DNA of 64,000 nucleotides. It comes from Bacteroidales bacterium (GTDB lineage: Bacteria; Bacteroidota; Bacteroidia; Bacteroidales; UBA1715). Positions 19,069 to 29,086 of this stretch are shown piece after piece; position 1 is the first letter of the stretch; every line of letters starts with the position of its first letter. Location of the stretch: contig JAITUU010000015.1 in NCBI GenBank assembly GCA_031286165.1, forward strand, positions 1,558-65,557, given 5' to 3'. A model generated the notes under the pieces. It was not told the origin of the DNA. It saw nothing but the letters and a program-made list of their open reading frames with translations, and searched no databases. The position numbers were made by a program, and so were the translations under genes.

Positions 19069-21516
19069 TTATTCATAATAATACACTCGCTTTACGCGGC
19101 GCGAAATGCCGGTTATGACTTCATAGGGAATGGTTTCTAAGCGTGTAGCCATATCGCTTATGGGAAGTTCGCTGCCAAATATCACAACTTCGGCTCCTAT
19201 GTGAGTGTCTATGCCGGTAATGTCTATCATGGTGGCGTCCATGCACACATTGCCTATTATGGGGGCTAATTGATTTCCTACGAGCACCTGCCCGGTGCCG
19301 TTACCAAGTTTTCGGCGCAAACCATCGGCATAGCCAATGGGCAGAACGGCAATTTTCGAGGGACGGAGAATTTTTCCGTTGCGGCAGTAACCCACTGTTT
19401 CGCCGCTGTGCATGCTGCGAATGTCGGAAATGCAGGTTTTGAGTGTGCTCACGTGCATACAGTTTTCTTGCTGCGTGGCACTAATGCCGTACAGTCCTAT
19501 ACCCAAGCGCACCATGTCGAACTGCGCTTGCGCAAAACGTTCTATACCGGCAGAATTAAGAATGTGGCGCAAAACAGGGTAGGGTAGTGTGCGTTGTATG
19601 CCTTCGCTCATGCGGGTAAAAAGAGTTATTTGCTCGTGGGTAAATTCATCGAAACGACTTTCATCGCTGCCCACCAAGTGCGAAAATACCGATACCACGC
19701 GGCAGTGGGCAATGGTGGCAATGCGCTGCAATGCACCAGCAATATCGTCTTCGCGAAATCCGTAGCGAGCCATGCCGGTATCTAATTTCAGGTGAATGGG
19801 TAGGTGAGGGAGTTTGTGCGTTTTTTGAAATTGTTCGAGTTCGGCAAGTACGGTGAAATTGTGAATATTGGGTTCCAAATTGTGTTCGTAGAGTTGCGCC
19901 AACATGCCGTATTCGGGGTTCATTACTATAATAGGTATGCGAATACCGGCATTGCGAAGTTCTATGCCTTCGTCCACAAAAGCAACTGCGAGGTAGTCCA
20001 CGCCTTGATGTTGCAAAATATTGGCAATTTCGTAACTACCGCTGCCGTAGGAAAATGCTTTTACCATTACCATAATTTTTGTGCCGGATTTTAGTTTCGA
20101 TTTGAAATAATTCAAATTGTGAATCATGGCGTTCAAATTGATTTCGAGCACGGTTTGGTGGGTTTGCAGTTCCAATTTGTGGGCTATCAATTCAAATTGA
20201 TATTCGCGGGCGGCTTTGAGCAGAATGGTTTCGTTTTCAAAGTGGAATTGTTCACTATTCGCCAAAAATTCCTGTGTGGTGGCAAAAAAATGCCCTTGAG
20301 GGATAAAGGCAGGTAAATAGGTGGAAATATCGTTGCCAACTCCTATAATAGTTTGAATATCATATTGTTGAATAAGTTCTGCAATGTGTGCATAGAGTTC
20401 GCCGGCGGCTGTGCCGCTTTGTTTCACGTCCGAAAGTATGAGTGTTTTCTTTGTGTGCTGTTTTTGCTGCGAAAGAAATTGCAGTGCTATTCCAATACTC
20501 TGTAAATCAGAATTATAACTATCATTAATAATGGTGCAGTTGTGTGTTCCTGCAATTTGTTCCAGCCGCATGGCTATTTGCGGTACAGTACTCATATAGG
20601 GCACAAGGTTCGATTGCGGCAGGAGTAATTGCGCACACACAAAGCAGTGTATGGCATTTTCTATGCTTGCGCGGTCGCGGAAGGGCAGGGTAAATTCCTG
20701 TGTTTTTTCGTGAGAGCGCACCGAAATTATAGTGTATTCTGATTGCGCTGTGGTGGAAACTTGAATTGGAGCGCGGTTTGAAAAACTCCAAGCCACACGT
20801 TCGGTGTGCGGCAGAAGTTGTGCGTGGTGGTGGATTTCTTCGTAATCGGCACAATACACGAGTTGCTTGCAGTGGGTAAACAGTTTCATTTTTTCGGCAA
20901 CTTTTTCGTCTATTGAGCGAAAATTTTCCTGATGCGCATCGCCCACGGTGGTAAATATACCGATAGTGGGCTGCAACATTCGCTCCAAGTGTTCCATTTC
21001 GCCGCATTGCGAAATTCCTGCTTCCATAATGGCGCAATTGTAGTTCGCTTGCAGCAGCATGAGCGAAAGCGGCACGCCGATTTGCGAATTGTAACTTTTT
21101 GGGCTGCGCACTACGGTTATTTCGTGTTTGAGAATGTGATAGAGCCACTCTTTGCAAATTGTTTTCCCATTGCTGCCCGTAATGGCAATTACGGGGAAGT
21201 GGAATTGCTCGCGATAGTGTTGCATGAGGTGCTGAAACGCCCGCAGCGTGGATTTTGATATAATATAGTGTGCATCGGTGTACGTGGGGTATGACTCACC
21301 CTCTTGCACCCAAAATATGCGCTGCCCTTGTTCGTAGAGATGCGCTATAAATGTGTGTCCATTGCGCTGCGCACCCACCAATGCCAAAAAAACAGTGTGG
21401 GGCGAGGGCGAAAAATTACGACTGTCGAACTGAACATGAGTAATCACGAGTGCGCCGGAGCCGAGCAGTGTGCTGTGGCTCAATTGTGCTATGTGAGCGA
21501 GTGAATATGAAAACAT
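19069..21516 (-). CDS. alr: Bifunctional MurF-like ligase / alanine racemase
   Basis: ITGSNGKT Mur-ligase P-loop plus MVKAFSYGSG, HLKLDTGMAR, IPYEV racemase motifs. Confidence 0.93.
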   Translation of the reverse strand: MFSYSLAHIAQLSHSTLLGSGALVITHVQFDSRNFSPSPHTVFLALVGAQRNGHTFIAHLYEQGQRIFWVQEGESYPTYTDAHYIISKSTLRAFQHLMQHYREQFHFPVIAITGSNGKTICKEWLYHILKHEITVVRSPKSYNSQIGVPLSLMLLQANYNCAIMEAGISQCGEMEHLERMLQPTIGIFTTVGDAHQENFRSIDEKVAEKMKLFTHCKQLVYCADYEEIHHHAQLLPHTERVAWSFSNRAPIQVSTTAQSEYTIISVRSHEKTQEFTLPFRDRASIENAIHCFVCAQLLLPQSNLVPYMSTVPQIAMRLEQIAGTHNCTIINDSYNSDLQSIGIALQFLSQQKQHTKKTLILSDVKQSGTAAGELYAHIAELIQQYDIQTIIGVGNDISTYLPAFIPQGHFFATTQEFLANSEQFHFENETILLKAAREYQFELIAHKLELQTHQTVLEINLNAMIHNLNYFKSKLKSGTKIMVMVKAFSYGSGSYEIANILQHQGVDYLAVAFVDEGIELRNAGIRIPIIVMNPEYGMLAQLYEHNLEPNIHNFTVLAELEQFQKTHKLPHLPIHLKLDTGMARYGFREDDIAGALQRIATIAHCRVVSVFSHLVGSDESRFDEFTHEQITLFTRMSEGIQRTLPYPVLRHILNSAGIERFAQAQFDMVRLGIGLYGISATQQENCMHVSTLKTCISDIRSMHSGETVGYCRNGKILRPSKIAVLPIGYADGLRRKLGNGTGQVLVGNQLAPIIGNVCMDATMIDITGIDTHIGAEVVIFGSELPISDMATRLETIPYEVITGISRRVKRVYYYE

Positions 21517-21739
21517 AGTGAATACGATTTTAACCACAAATATAGGTATTAGTTATTAGTTGTTAGTTGTTAGTTGTAAATTATTTTAAAAAGTCTGTAC
21601 GTTTATACATCAATTACTTTCTCTAAAATTCAAAAAAATAGATTTTTAGCGAAAAAAAACAGTGAATACATTGCGCAATAAAAAAACATTTGTACTTTTG
21701 TCAGTATAAATTTGAAAGAGTATAATTTAAAACAATTTT

Positions 21740-23437
21740 ATGAACATGAGAAAAATACACATTTTTGCCGTAGCATCGGCTATTTTAGTTACAGCCGGTT
21801 GTGCTGGACCGAACAAAATGCTGAAAAATGCGGACCAAGTGCGTTATCAGGTTATTCCAAACCCAATGGAAATGAGAGCCGATAGCGTAGCGGTTACTAT
21901 TAAAGGGTCATATCCCGCGAAATTCTTTCCTAAAAAAGCAACAGTACATGTTACTCCTACCATTCAGTGGGACGGCGGCAGTGTAGCCCTGCCCGCAAAA
22001 GACCTTCGCGGTGAATCGGTACAATCAAACGCTCAAATGATTTCATACACCACCGGTGGAAGTTTTTCATACAAAGCACAAGTGCCTTACACCGATGCTA
22101 TGTTCCAATCGAGCCTTATGGTGGGAGCAACAGCAAAAGTAGGTAACAAAAGTGTAGATTTTCCTGCGGTAAAAGTTGCCGATGGCGTAATGGCTACTGC
22201 AAATTTATTGCAAGACGATGCACAAGTAATCAATGTAGATAACCAATTGAAACGCAATCAAGTGGTAACTTCGGAAACTACCATTATGTTCTTGATAGAC
22301 CAAGCAAACGTTCGCAGTAGCGAAATGGGAACTGCCGGAATCAAAGCATTGAAAGATTTTACTGCAAGCGTGGCAAAAGATACTACACTTATATATAAAG
22401 GTATCGACATTCATGGTTATGCATCGCCCGATGGTCCGCAAGATTTGAACCAACGCTTGGCTTCACAACGTGAAACAAACGCCGGAAATGCTATCAAACG
22501 AGCATTGAACAAAAGCGGTTTCGTGGGAACTTACACCAAAGAAGACTGGGATAAATTCGTAATTTTAGTGCAAAATTCTAACATTCAAGATAAAGAAGTA
22601 ATTCTTCAAATTTTGAGTTCATACTCTGACCCCGATGTTCGCGAAGCAGAATTGAGAAAAATGAGTGTGATTTTCAAAGAACTTGCCGAACAAATTTTAC
22701 CACAACTCCGCCGTTCGGAAGTAGTAGTATCGGCTAACAAAAAAGACAAACCCGAAAGTGTGATTTTGGCGGCAGCATTGGGTCAATCAAACGTACAACT
22801 TACGCTTCAAGAGTATTTGTATGCAGCAGAAACACTTGCTCAATCTACAAACGATAAAATCACTATTTTGAAAAATGCAACAGTGAAATTTCCACAAGAA
22901 TGGTCGGCATTCAATAACTTAGGTGCAGCCTATATTGCAGCAAGCGATTACGCAAATGCGCTTACCGCACTTAACAAAGCAAACGAAATTTCGGAAGGCG
23001 ACAATGTAGTGAAAAACAACTTGGGTGTACTTGCAGTGAAACAAGGCAATATAGCACAAGGTTTGGAATATTTTGAACTTGCACAAGGCGCAGGTCCCGA
23101 AGTTCGTTACAACTTAGGCTGGGCACAATTCAAAGCAGGTAACTACGACCAAGCAGTAGCAATGTTTGCAAACGCACCACGTTTCAATACCGCTCTTGCA
23201 CAAGTATTAACCGGCGACAATGATTCAGCAATGCAAACATTGACCCGTGCCGAATCAAGCGCAGTTGCTTCATATTTGAAAGCAGTAATTGGTGCTCGCG
23301 AAAAAAATCTTGACCAAGTAACTACCAATTTGCAAGCAGCAGTAAATGCAGACCCAACGTTGCTACAACGTGCAAAAAAAGATATTGAATTTAGAGCATT
23401 TGCACAAGATGCAAGTTTCAAAGCGATTGTTCAATAA
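21740..23437 (+). CDS. OmpA-like/TPR lipoprotein
   Basis: Lipobox TAGC, GYASPDG...LASQR, C-terminal TPRs (AFNNLGAAY, KNNLGVLA); -7 box at 21693-21700. Confidence 0.8.
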   Translation: MNMRKIHIFAVASAILVTAGCAGPNKMLKNADQVRYQVIPNPMEMRADSVAVTIKGSYPAKFFPKKATVHVTPTIQWDGGSVALPAKDLRGESVQSNAQMISYTTGGSFSYKAQVPYTDAMFQSSLMVGATAKVGNKSVDFPAVKVADGVMATANLLQDDAQVINVDNQLKRNQVVTSETTIMFLIDQANVRSSEMGTAGIKALKDFTASVAKDTTLIYKGIDIHGYASPDGPQDLNQRLASQRETNAGNAIKRALNKSGFVGTYTKEDWDKFVILVQNSNIQDKEVILQILSSYSDPDVREAELRKMSVIFKELAEQILPQLRRSEVVVSANKKDKPESVILAAALGQSNVQLTLQEYLYAAETLAQSTNDKITILKNATVKFPQEWSAFNNLGAAYIAASDYANALTALNKANEISEGDNVVKNNLGVLAVKQGNIAQGLEYFELAQGAGPEVRYNLGWAQFKAGNYDQAVAMFANAPRFNTALAQVLTGDNDSAMQTLTRAESSAVASYLKAVIGAREKNLDQVTTNLQAAVNADPTLLQRAKKDIEFRAFAQDASFKAIVQ

Positions 23438-23455
23438 TCGAATAATTCCTATTAT

Positions 23456-23491
23456 AAAAAGGCGGTTTGATATTCAAATCGCCTTTTTTTT
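23456..23491. terminator. Bidirectional intrinsic terminator
   Basis: A run, ggcggtttga/tcaaatcgcc stem, T run, between convergent genes. Confidence 0.85.
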
Positions 23492-23492
23492 G

Positions 23493-24764
23493 TTATACAC
23501 AGTATTCTTCAATGCTGCGTATCATACCGAGAATTACGGTTTGTAATTCTTCGGAGGAAATGCAGTAGGGCGGCATGGTGTAAATAAGTTTTCCAAAGGG
23601 GCGTAGCCACACGCCATGTGCCACAAAGAGTGGTTGAATACGGCTCATATCTACCGCCTCGTGCATTTCTACCACACCGATTGCGCCCAACACGCGCACT
23701 TGTGCCACTGCCGCGTGAGTTTCAAGTGCTTGCAGTAAGTGCTGTAATTCGCGCTCAATTCGCAGCACGTTTGCTTGCCACGAAGTTTCTAAAAGAAGAT
23801 TGATGCTTTCGCAGGCGAGTGCGCAGGCAAGCGGATTTGCCATAAAGGTTGGTCCGTGCATGAACACATAAGGCGGATTTTCGGAAATGGTATGCGCAAT
23901 TTTGCTGCTGCACAGCGTGGCGGCAAAACTCATGTAGCCGCCCGTGAGGGCTTTGCCTATACACATAATATCGGGTTGCACGGCGGCGTGTTCGCAGGCA
24001 AACAGTGTTCCGCTGCGTCCAAATCCGGTGGCAATTTCATCGGCTATGAGGAGAATATTGTATTTCTTACACAAATCGGCAATTCCGCGCAAAAACTGCG
24101 GGTGATAAAAATACATTCCCCCCGCGCCCTGCACTATGGGTTCTATAATAAATGCCGCAATGGATTTGTGCTTGCTTTTAAATAATTCGCGCACTTCGTT
24201 CAAATCGCTTTCCTGCCATGCGCCATGAAAGGTGCTTTGCGGACGAGAAACAAAGAATTGACAGGTCAAAGAGTTTGAGAAAAGCGAATGCATACCTGTT
24301 ACAGGGTCGCACACCGACATAGCGTTCCACGTATCGCCGTGATAGCCGCCGCGAATGGTGGCAAAGTGCCGTTTTTGCGGTTTTTTGGCTGCCACTTGGT
24401 ATTGCAACGCCATTTTCATGGCAACTTCCACTGCTACCGAACCCGAATCGGAGTAGAATACGTGTTGCAAATTCTGTGGAACTATGCGGAGGAGTGTTTC
24501 GGTGAGTTTTATAGCCGGTGCGTGAGTAAGTCCGCCAAACATCACGTGCGAAAATTTCTCGATTTGCGCGTGCATGGCAGCATTTAAGCGTGGGTGATTG
24601 TAGCCGTGAATAACCGACCACCAACTGCTCATGCCATCTATAATTTTTGCGCCATTTGCCAACTCTAAATATACGCCCTGCGCAGATATTACTTCAAATT
24701 GTTCCAAAGGGCGAGTTGCCGAAGCGTAGGGGTGCCATATATGATTGCGGTCGATAGAGTTCAT
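23493..24764 (-). CDS. bioA: Adenosylmethionine-8-amino-7-oxononanoate aminotransferase
   Basis: IWHPY, DGMSSWW, DSGSVAVEVAMK, DEIATGFGR, GKALTGG, HGPTFMANPLA. Confidence 0.96.
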   Translation of the reverse strand: MNSIDRNHIWHPYASATRPLEQFEVISAQGVYLELANGAKIIDGMSSWWSVIHGYNHPRLNAAMHAQIEKFSHVMFGGLTHAPAIKLTETLLRIVPQNLQHVFYSDSGSVAVEVAMKMALQYQVAAKKPQKRHFATIRGGYHGDTWNAMSVCDPVTGMHSLFSNSLTCQFFVSRPQSTFHGAWQESDLNEVRELFKSKHKSIAAFIIEPIVQGAGGMYFYHPQFLRGIADLCKKYNILLIADEIATGFGRSGTLFACEHAAVQPDIMCIGKALTGGYMSFAATLCSSKIAHTISENPPYVFMHGPTFMANPLACALACESINLLLETSWQANVLRIERELQHLLQALETHAAVAQVRVLGAIGVVEMHEAVDMSRIQPLFVAHGVWLRPFGKLIYTMPPYCISSEELQTVILGMIRSIEEYCV

Positions 24765-24847
24765 AGATTTTTTTTTTACAAAAGTATGGAATTTGTGAAA
24801 CATGGCAATACGGCAATGTGCTAATGAGGCAATATGCTAATGTGCCA

Positions 24848-24902
24848 AAATAATTTACAATTTACAATTTACAATTTACAATTATAGTATATTTGTACAA
24901 AT
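24848..24902 (+). repeat. Heptamer-built promoter repeat, copy 4 (TATATTTG at 24888-24895)
   Basis: aaat(aatttac)x4 aattatagtatatttgtacaaat; preceded by an octamer array at 24804-24846. Confidence 0.8.
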
Positions 24903-24928
24903 TTACAACGGCTTAAAAATCATACACT

Positions 24929-26125
24929 ATGCCACAAATTTCAGACCGTGGGCTTACCATGCCGGCTTCGCCCATCCGTAAACTTTCAAAATATGCCGAT
25001 GCTGCCAAAGCACGAGGAGTAGAGGTTTTGCACCTCAATATAGGGCAACCCGATTTGCCCACGCCGCCGCAAGCACTCGATGCTGTGCGTTCATTTTCAT
25101 GTGATTACGTGCCATATTCTCACTCTGCCGGAAATAGTACTTTGCGCAAAAAAATGGCAGACTACTATAAATCCATAGGAATAGATATTTCGCACGAAGA
25201 TATTTTGATAACCAACGGCGGCTCAGAGGCTATTTGTTTTGCGTATTACAGCATACTCAATTATGCCGATGAAGTAATTGTGCCCGAACCATTTTACTCG
25301 AATTATTACGGATTTACCACCGAAACCGGTGCTCGCATGATTCCCGTGCGTTCCACTATTGAGAGCGGTTTTGCACTGCCTTCCATAGAAGAATTTGAAA
25401 AAGCACTCACGCCGCGCACCAAAGCAATTATGCTCTGCAATCCGAATAATCCTACGGGTTACGTGTATTCGCGCAATGAATTGGAGCAAATTCGCGATTT
25501 GGTGAAACAATACAATCTTTTTTTGATTTGCGATGAAGTGTATCGAGAATTTTGCTACGATAGCGAGCATTATTCGGTGATGAATTTGCAGGGAATAGAA
25601 GATAATGTTATTTTAGTTGATTCATTTTCAAAACGTTACAATGTGTGTGGTATTCGCGTGGGTGCACTCATTTCGCGCAATAAAGACGTAATAGCCACAT
25701 CACTCAAATTTGCGCAAGCGCGATTGAGTCCGCCATCGTTTGGGCAAATTGTAGCCGAAGCCCTTTTGGATACACCGCAGAGTTATATACAAGAATCGGC
25801 GGAGGAATACGATAGACGTAGAAAGTTCATAATCAATGAATTGAATAAAATAAAAGGGGTGCGTTCGCCCATGCCGAAGGGGGCGTTTTATTCCATTGTG
25901 GAATTGCCGGTAGATAATGCCGAAAAATTCTGTCAGTGGTTATTGGAAGAATTTCAACACGAAGGGGCTACGGTAATGCTTGCGCCGGGAAATGGATTTT
26001 ACACAGGTAAAAAATTGGGCGATAAACAAGTGCGCATAGCCTATATACTGAATATTGAAAAACTCGAACGAGCAATAGAATGTTTGAAACACGCACTTGC
26101 GGCGTATCCGGGAAGAACTCATTAG
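24929..26125 (+). CDS. Class I PLP-dependent aminotransferase (aspartate aminotransferase-like)
   Basis: LNIGQPD, CNPNNPTG, DEVYREF, DSFSKRY. Confidence 0.9.
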   Translation: MPQISDRGLTMPASPIRKLSKYADAAKARGVEVLHLNIGQPDLPTPPQALDAVRSFSCDYVPYSHSAGNSTLRKKMADYYKSIGIDISHEDILITNGGSEAICFAYYSILNYADEVIVPEPFYSNYYGFTTETGARMIPVRSTIESGFALPSIEEFEKALTPRTKAIMLCNPNNPTGYVYSRNELEQIRDLVKQYNLFLICDEVYREFCYDSEHYSVMNLQGIEDNVILVDSFSKRYNVCGIRVGALISRNKDVIATSLKFAQARLSPPSFGQIVAEALLDTPQSYIQESAEEYDRRRKFIINELNKIKGVRSPMPKGAFYSIVELPVDNAEKFCQWLLEEFQHEGATVMLAPGNGFYTGKKLGDKQVRIAYILNIEKLERAIECLKHALAAYPGRTH

Positions 26126-26137
26126 GAGTTAGGAAAT

Positions 26138-27094
26138 ATGCAAAAAGTGTTGTTCATAATCAATCCTATGTCGGGCACCGGACGGCAGAAACGAATGATA
26201 GAGAACTATGCGCGAGAATTTTTACCTGCGGCGGATTTTGAATTGCATTTTTCTTACACCGAATACGCCGGTCATGCCATACAGTTGAGCAACAATGCGC
26301 GAAATATATTCGACATAGTGGTGGCGGTGGGCGGCGATGGCACTATTCACGAAGTGGCGCAACCGCTTGTTCATTCCAACACTACGCTCGCCATTATTCC
26401 TATGGGGTCTGGCAATGGATTGTCGCGTTTTTTGCACATTCCGCTCTCTATTCGCCCTGCTATTCGCTTAATAGCCGAAGGACGAAAAATGCAAATGGAT
26501 ACGATTTTGTGCAACAATGAATATGTGCTCAATATTGCCGGTTTTGGTTTCGATGCCGTTATCGGCGATTTATTCAACATCAATGTAACCAAGCGCGGTG
26601 GGCTGAAATACGTGCATTTGGTGAGCAAGGAATTATTTCACTACAAACCGCAAACTTTTACGTTCAACAGCGAAAACAAAGAATTTACCCGTACATTTTT
26701 TATAGGTGCCATAGCCAATGCCAATCAATATGGGCTGAATGCGCATATAGCACCCACTGCCGATGTTACCGATGGAAAATTTGAAGTGGTGTTTATAGAA
26801 AAATTTCCGCCGCTTTTCACCCTCAAACTTGCCATAGACCTTTTTACCAATCGCATACACAAATCGCGCTATGTGGAAACTCTGCAAGTGGATTCACTTA
26901 CCATACAAAATGCGCGACCTTATACCATTCACATGGACGGCGAACCGCGTGTAATGTATTCCGACATTAATTTTTCCATAGCACCGCAATCACTCACGGT
27001 TATTGCAGGCGAGAAAAAGGAACTTCCTCTTACTGCCATTGCGCGAAAAACCCGAAATATTCTCGCGCACGAGGAAATACACATACATGATTAA
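26138..27094 (+). CDS. Diacylglycerol kinase family (YegS/DAGKc) lipid kinase
   Basis: IINPMSG, VGGDGTIHEV, PMGSGNGL, HMDGE. Confidence 0.92.
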   Translation: MQKVLFIINPMSGTGRQKRMIENYAREFLPAADFELHFSYTEYAGHAIQLSNNARNIFDIVVAVGGDGTIHEVAQPLVHSNTTLAIIPMGSGNGLSRFLHIPLSIRPAIRLIAEGRKMQMDTILCNNEYVLNIAGFGFDAVIGDLFNINVTKRGGLKYVHLVSKELFHYKPQTFTFNSENKEFTRTFFIGAIANANQYGLNAHIAPTADVTDGKFEVVFIEKFPPLFTLKLAIDLFTNRIHKSRYVETLQVDSLTIQNARPYTIHMDGEPRVMYSDINFSIAPQSLTVIAGEKKELPLTAIARKTRNILAHEEIHIHD

Positions 27095-27130
27095 TTGCAG
27101 AGAAATTTTGATTTTCCCCATTTATTCCAA

Positions 27131-27157
27131 GTCATTCCTGCTTTCGCAGGAATGGAC
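27131..27157. repeat. GTCATTCC-type REP-like hairpin
   Basis: cattcctgc-tttc-gcaggaatg stem-loop between convergent genes. Confidence 0.6.
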
Positions 27158-27193
27158 GGGTTACTTTTAGATGTTACGCTTATTTTAGAGAAA

Positions 27194-27784
27194 TTAGAAC
27201 AACACGTTGATTGCGTGAGCAAGTCGTCCCCAGCCTTGTCCGCCGAAAAGTACGAAAATCAAAATAAACGGTAGCACAATGAGGGTGTAATAGCGCGTAA
27301 AGAGCAATTCCACCAATGCACTGCGGAAAGAAAAAAGAAGAAAGATAACTAAGGGAAGGAGCAATAATGCTACCCAAAGAACAAAGCCATCGTTGTAAAT
27401 ATTGGCATGGCGAATTTTTTGAGTGTTAGTATCTACACTAAGGTATTTTGCTTGCCCAAACCAACGAGTAGAGTACGCAGATATAGTATTTGCGCCCATC
27501 AATATTGCTACATTCGACCGCCCGTTAATATTTCCTTGCGGGTGAAAACGAAATACTCTGTCTCCTACTGTTACTTGTACGTCTGAAACCAAATCATTCG
27601 TATGGCTCATTTGTAACTGTGCGGCAAATTCCGGAACAGAAACTTGCACCACAGTATTGTCGTAAAAATAATCAACGATACATACAAGTGCTATAACTGC
27701 GGCAAACACTGCCACGATTTTTGATAATGGATACTGCCACGATTGTTTGTAATTGCCGAGTTCCTGTTCAAATTTTGTTTCCAT
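27194..27784 (-). CDS. Hypothetical membrane protein (about 3 TM)
   Basis: Open frame with hydrophobic segments, directly downstream of the leuS half gene. Confidence 0.65.
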   Translation of the reverse strand: METKFEQELGNYKQSWQYPLSKIVAVFAAVIALVCIVDYFYDNTVVQVSVPEFAAQLQMSHTNDLVSDVQVTVGDRVFRFHPQGNINGRSNVAILMGANTISAYSTRWFGQAKYLSVDTNTQKIRHANIYNDGFVLWVALLLLPLVIFLLFSFRSALVELLFTRYYTLIVLPFILIFVLFGGQGWGRLAHAINVLF

Positions 27785-27812
27785 GAGTATTACTTTTTTT
27801 AGGTTAAATGTT

Positions 27813-28988
27813 TTATAGTACAATATTAATAATTTTTCCCGGAACTACAATAACTTTTTTGGGAACATTTCCACTGAGATATTTCATACTTTGACTATCG
27901 TTTAGCACAGCCTTTTCTATATCTTCTTTGCTTGTGCCGGTGGCAAATTCAAGGGTAAAACGCACTTTTCCGTTGAAAGATACGGGATATTTTACCGTAT
28001 TTTCCTGTAAAAATTTCTCGTTATATTCAGGAAATTGCGCATTGCAAATGCTGTGAGAGTGCCCCAATCGGCTGTATAATTCTTCGGCAATATGCGGTGC
28101 AAATGGCGCAAGGCACACAAGAAGTGGTTTTAAAATCGCTCGTTTATTGCACTGCACGCGCTGCAATTCGTTCACACAAATCATAAATGCCGAAACAGCG
28201 GTATTAAACGAAAAGTTTTCAATATCCGAAGTTACTTTTTTAATGAGGGTGTGCAGTATTTTCAGTTCTTCGGCTGTGGGGGCTTCGGTGGAAATTGCAA
28301 ATTCATCGCGATTAAAAAACAGTGCCCATAATTTTTTCAAAAATCGGTGCACACCGTCAATTCCCTTCATATCCCATGGTTTCGATTGTTCCAAAGGACC
28401 GAGAAACATTTCGTACATGCGCAGGGTGTCGGCTCCGTAGCGTTCCACTATGCTGTCGGGATTCACCACGTTGAACATAGATTTCGACATTTTTTCCACC
28501 GCATGACCGCAGTGATATTTTCCGTCTTCTAAAATAAATTCCGCATCGGCAAAATCGGGTCGCCACTTTTTAAATGCTTCTGTATCAAGAATATCGTTTT
28601 CCACTATATTCACGTCCACGTGTAATTGCGTGGTATCGTATTGGTCTTTCAATCCCAGCGACACAAAGGTATTGCTGCCTTGTATGCGATACACAAAATT
28701 CGAGCGACCTTGTATCATACCTTGATTGATAAGTTTTTGAAAGGGTTCATCTTTGGCTATCGTGCCCAAATCGAACAAAAATTTATTCCAAAACCGGCTG
28801 TAAATTAAGTGCCCGGTAGCGTGTTCGGTTCCTCCCAAGTATAAATCCACATTGCCCCAATAGTCATTCGCTTTTTTTGAAACAAGTGCGTTTTGGTTAT
28901 GGGGGTCTTCGTAGCGCAAATAATAGGCTGAACTGCCGGCAAAACCCGGCATGGTATTGAGTTCGAGAGGATATTTTTTTGATTCCAT
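27813..28988 (-). CDS. leuS: Leucyl-tRNA synthetase, C-terminal half only (putative beta subunit)
   Basis: [68 protein letters not shown]; no HIGH motif or CP1 domain; 391 aa. Confidence 0.93.
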   Translation of the reverse strand: MESKKYPLELNTMPGFAGSSAYYLRYEDPHNQNALVSKKANDYWGNVDLYLGGTEHATGHLIYSRFWNKFLFDLGTIAKDEPFQKLINQGMIQGRSNFVYRIQGSNTFVSLGLKDQYDTTQLHVDVNIVENDILDTEAFKKWRPDFADAEFILEDGKYHCGHAVEKMSKSMFNVVNPDSIVERYGADTLRMYEMFLGPLEQSKPWDMKGIDGVHRFLKKLWALFFNRDEFAISTEAPTAEELKILHTLIKKVTSDIENFSFNTAVSAFMICVNELQRVQCNKRAILKPLLVCLAPFAPHIAEELYSRLGHSHSICNAQFPEYNEKFLQENTVKYPVSFNGKVRFTLEFATGTSKEDIEKAVLNDSQSMKYLSGNVPKKVIVVPGKIINIVL

Positions 28989-29010
28989 AGGTTTTTCAAC
29001 TGTAATAGTG

Positions 29011-29041
29011 CAAAAATAAACAAAATGCGTAAACTACCAAA
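29011..29041 (-). promoter_or_regulatory. Consensus Bacteroidota promoter of the leuS C-half gene
   Basis: Minus strand TTTG-N19-TATTTTTG, 22 nt upstream of ATG 28988. Confidence 0.8.
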
Positions 29042-29086
29042 CTCCGTGTTTTTTATTTACTTTTGTGCGTTGAATTATTGAAGAAT

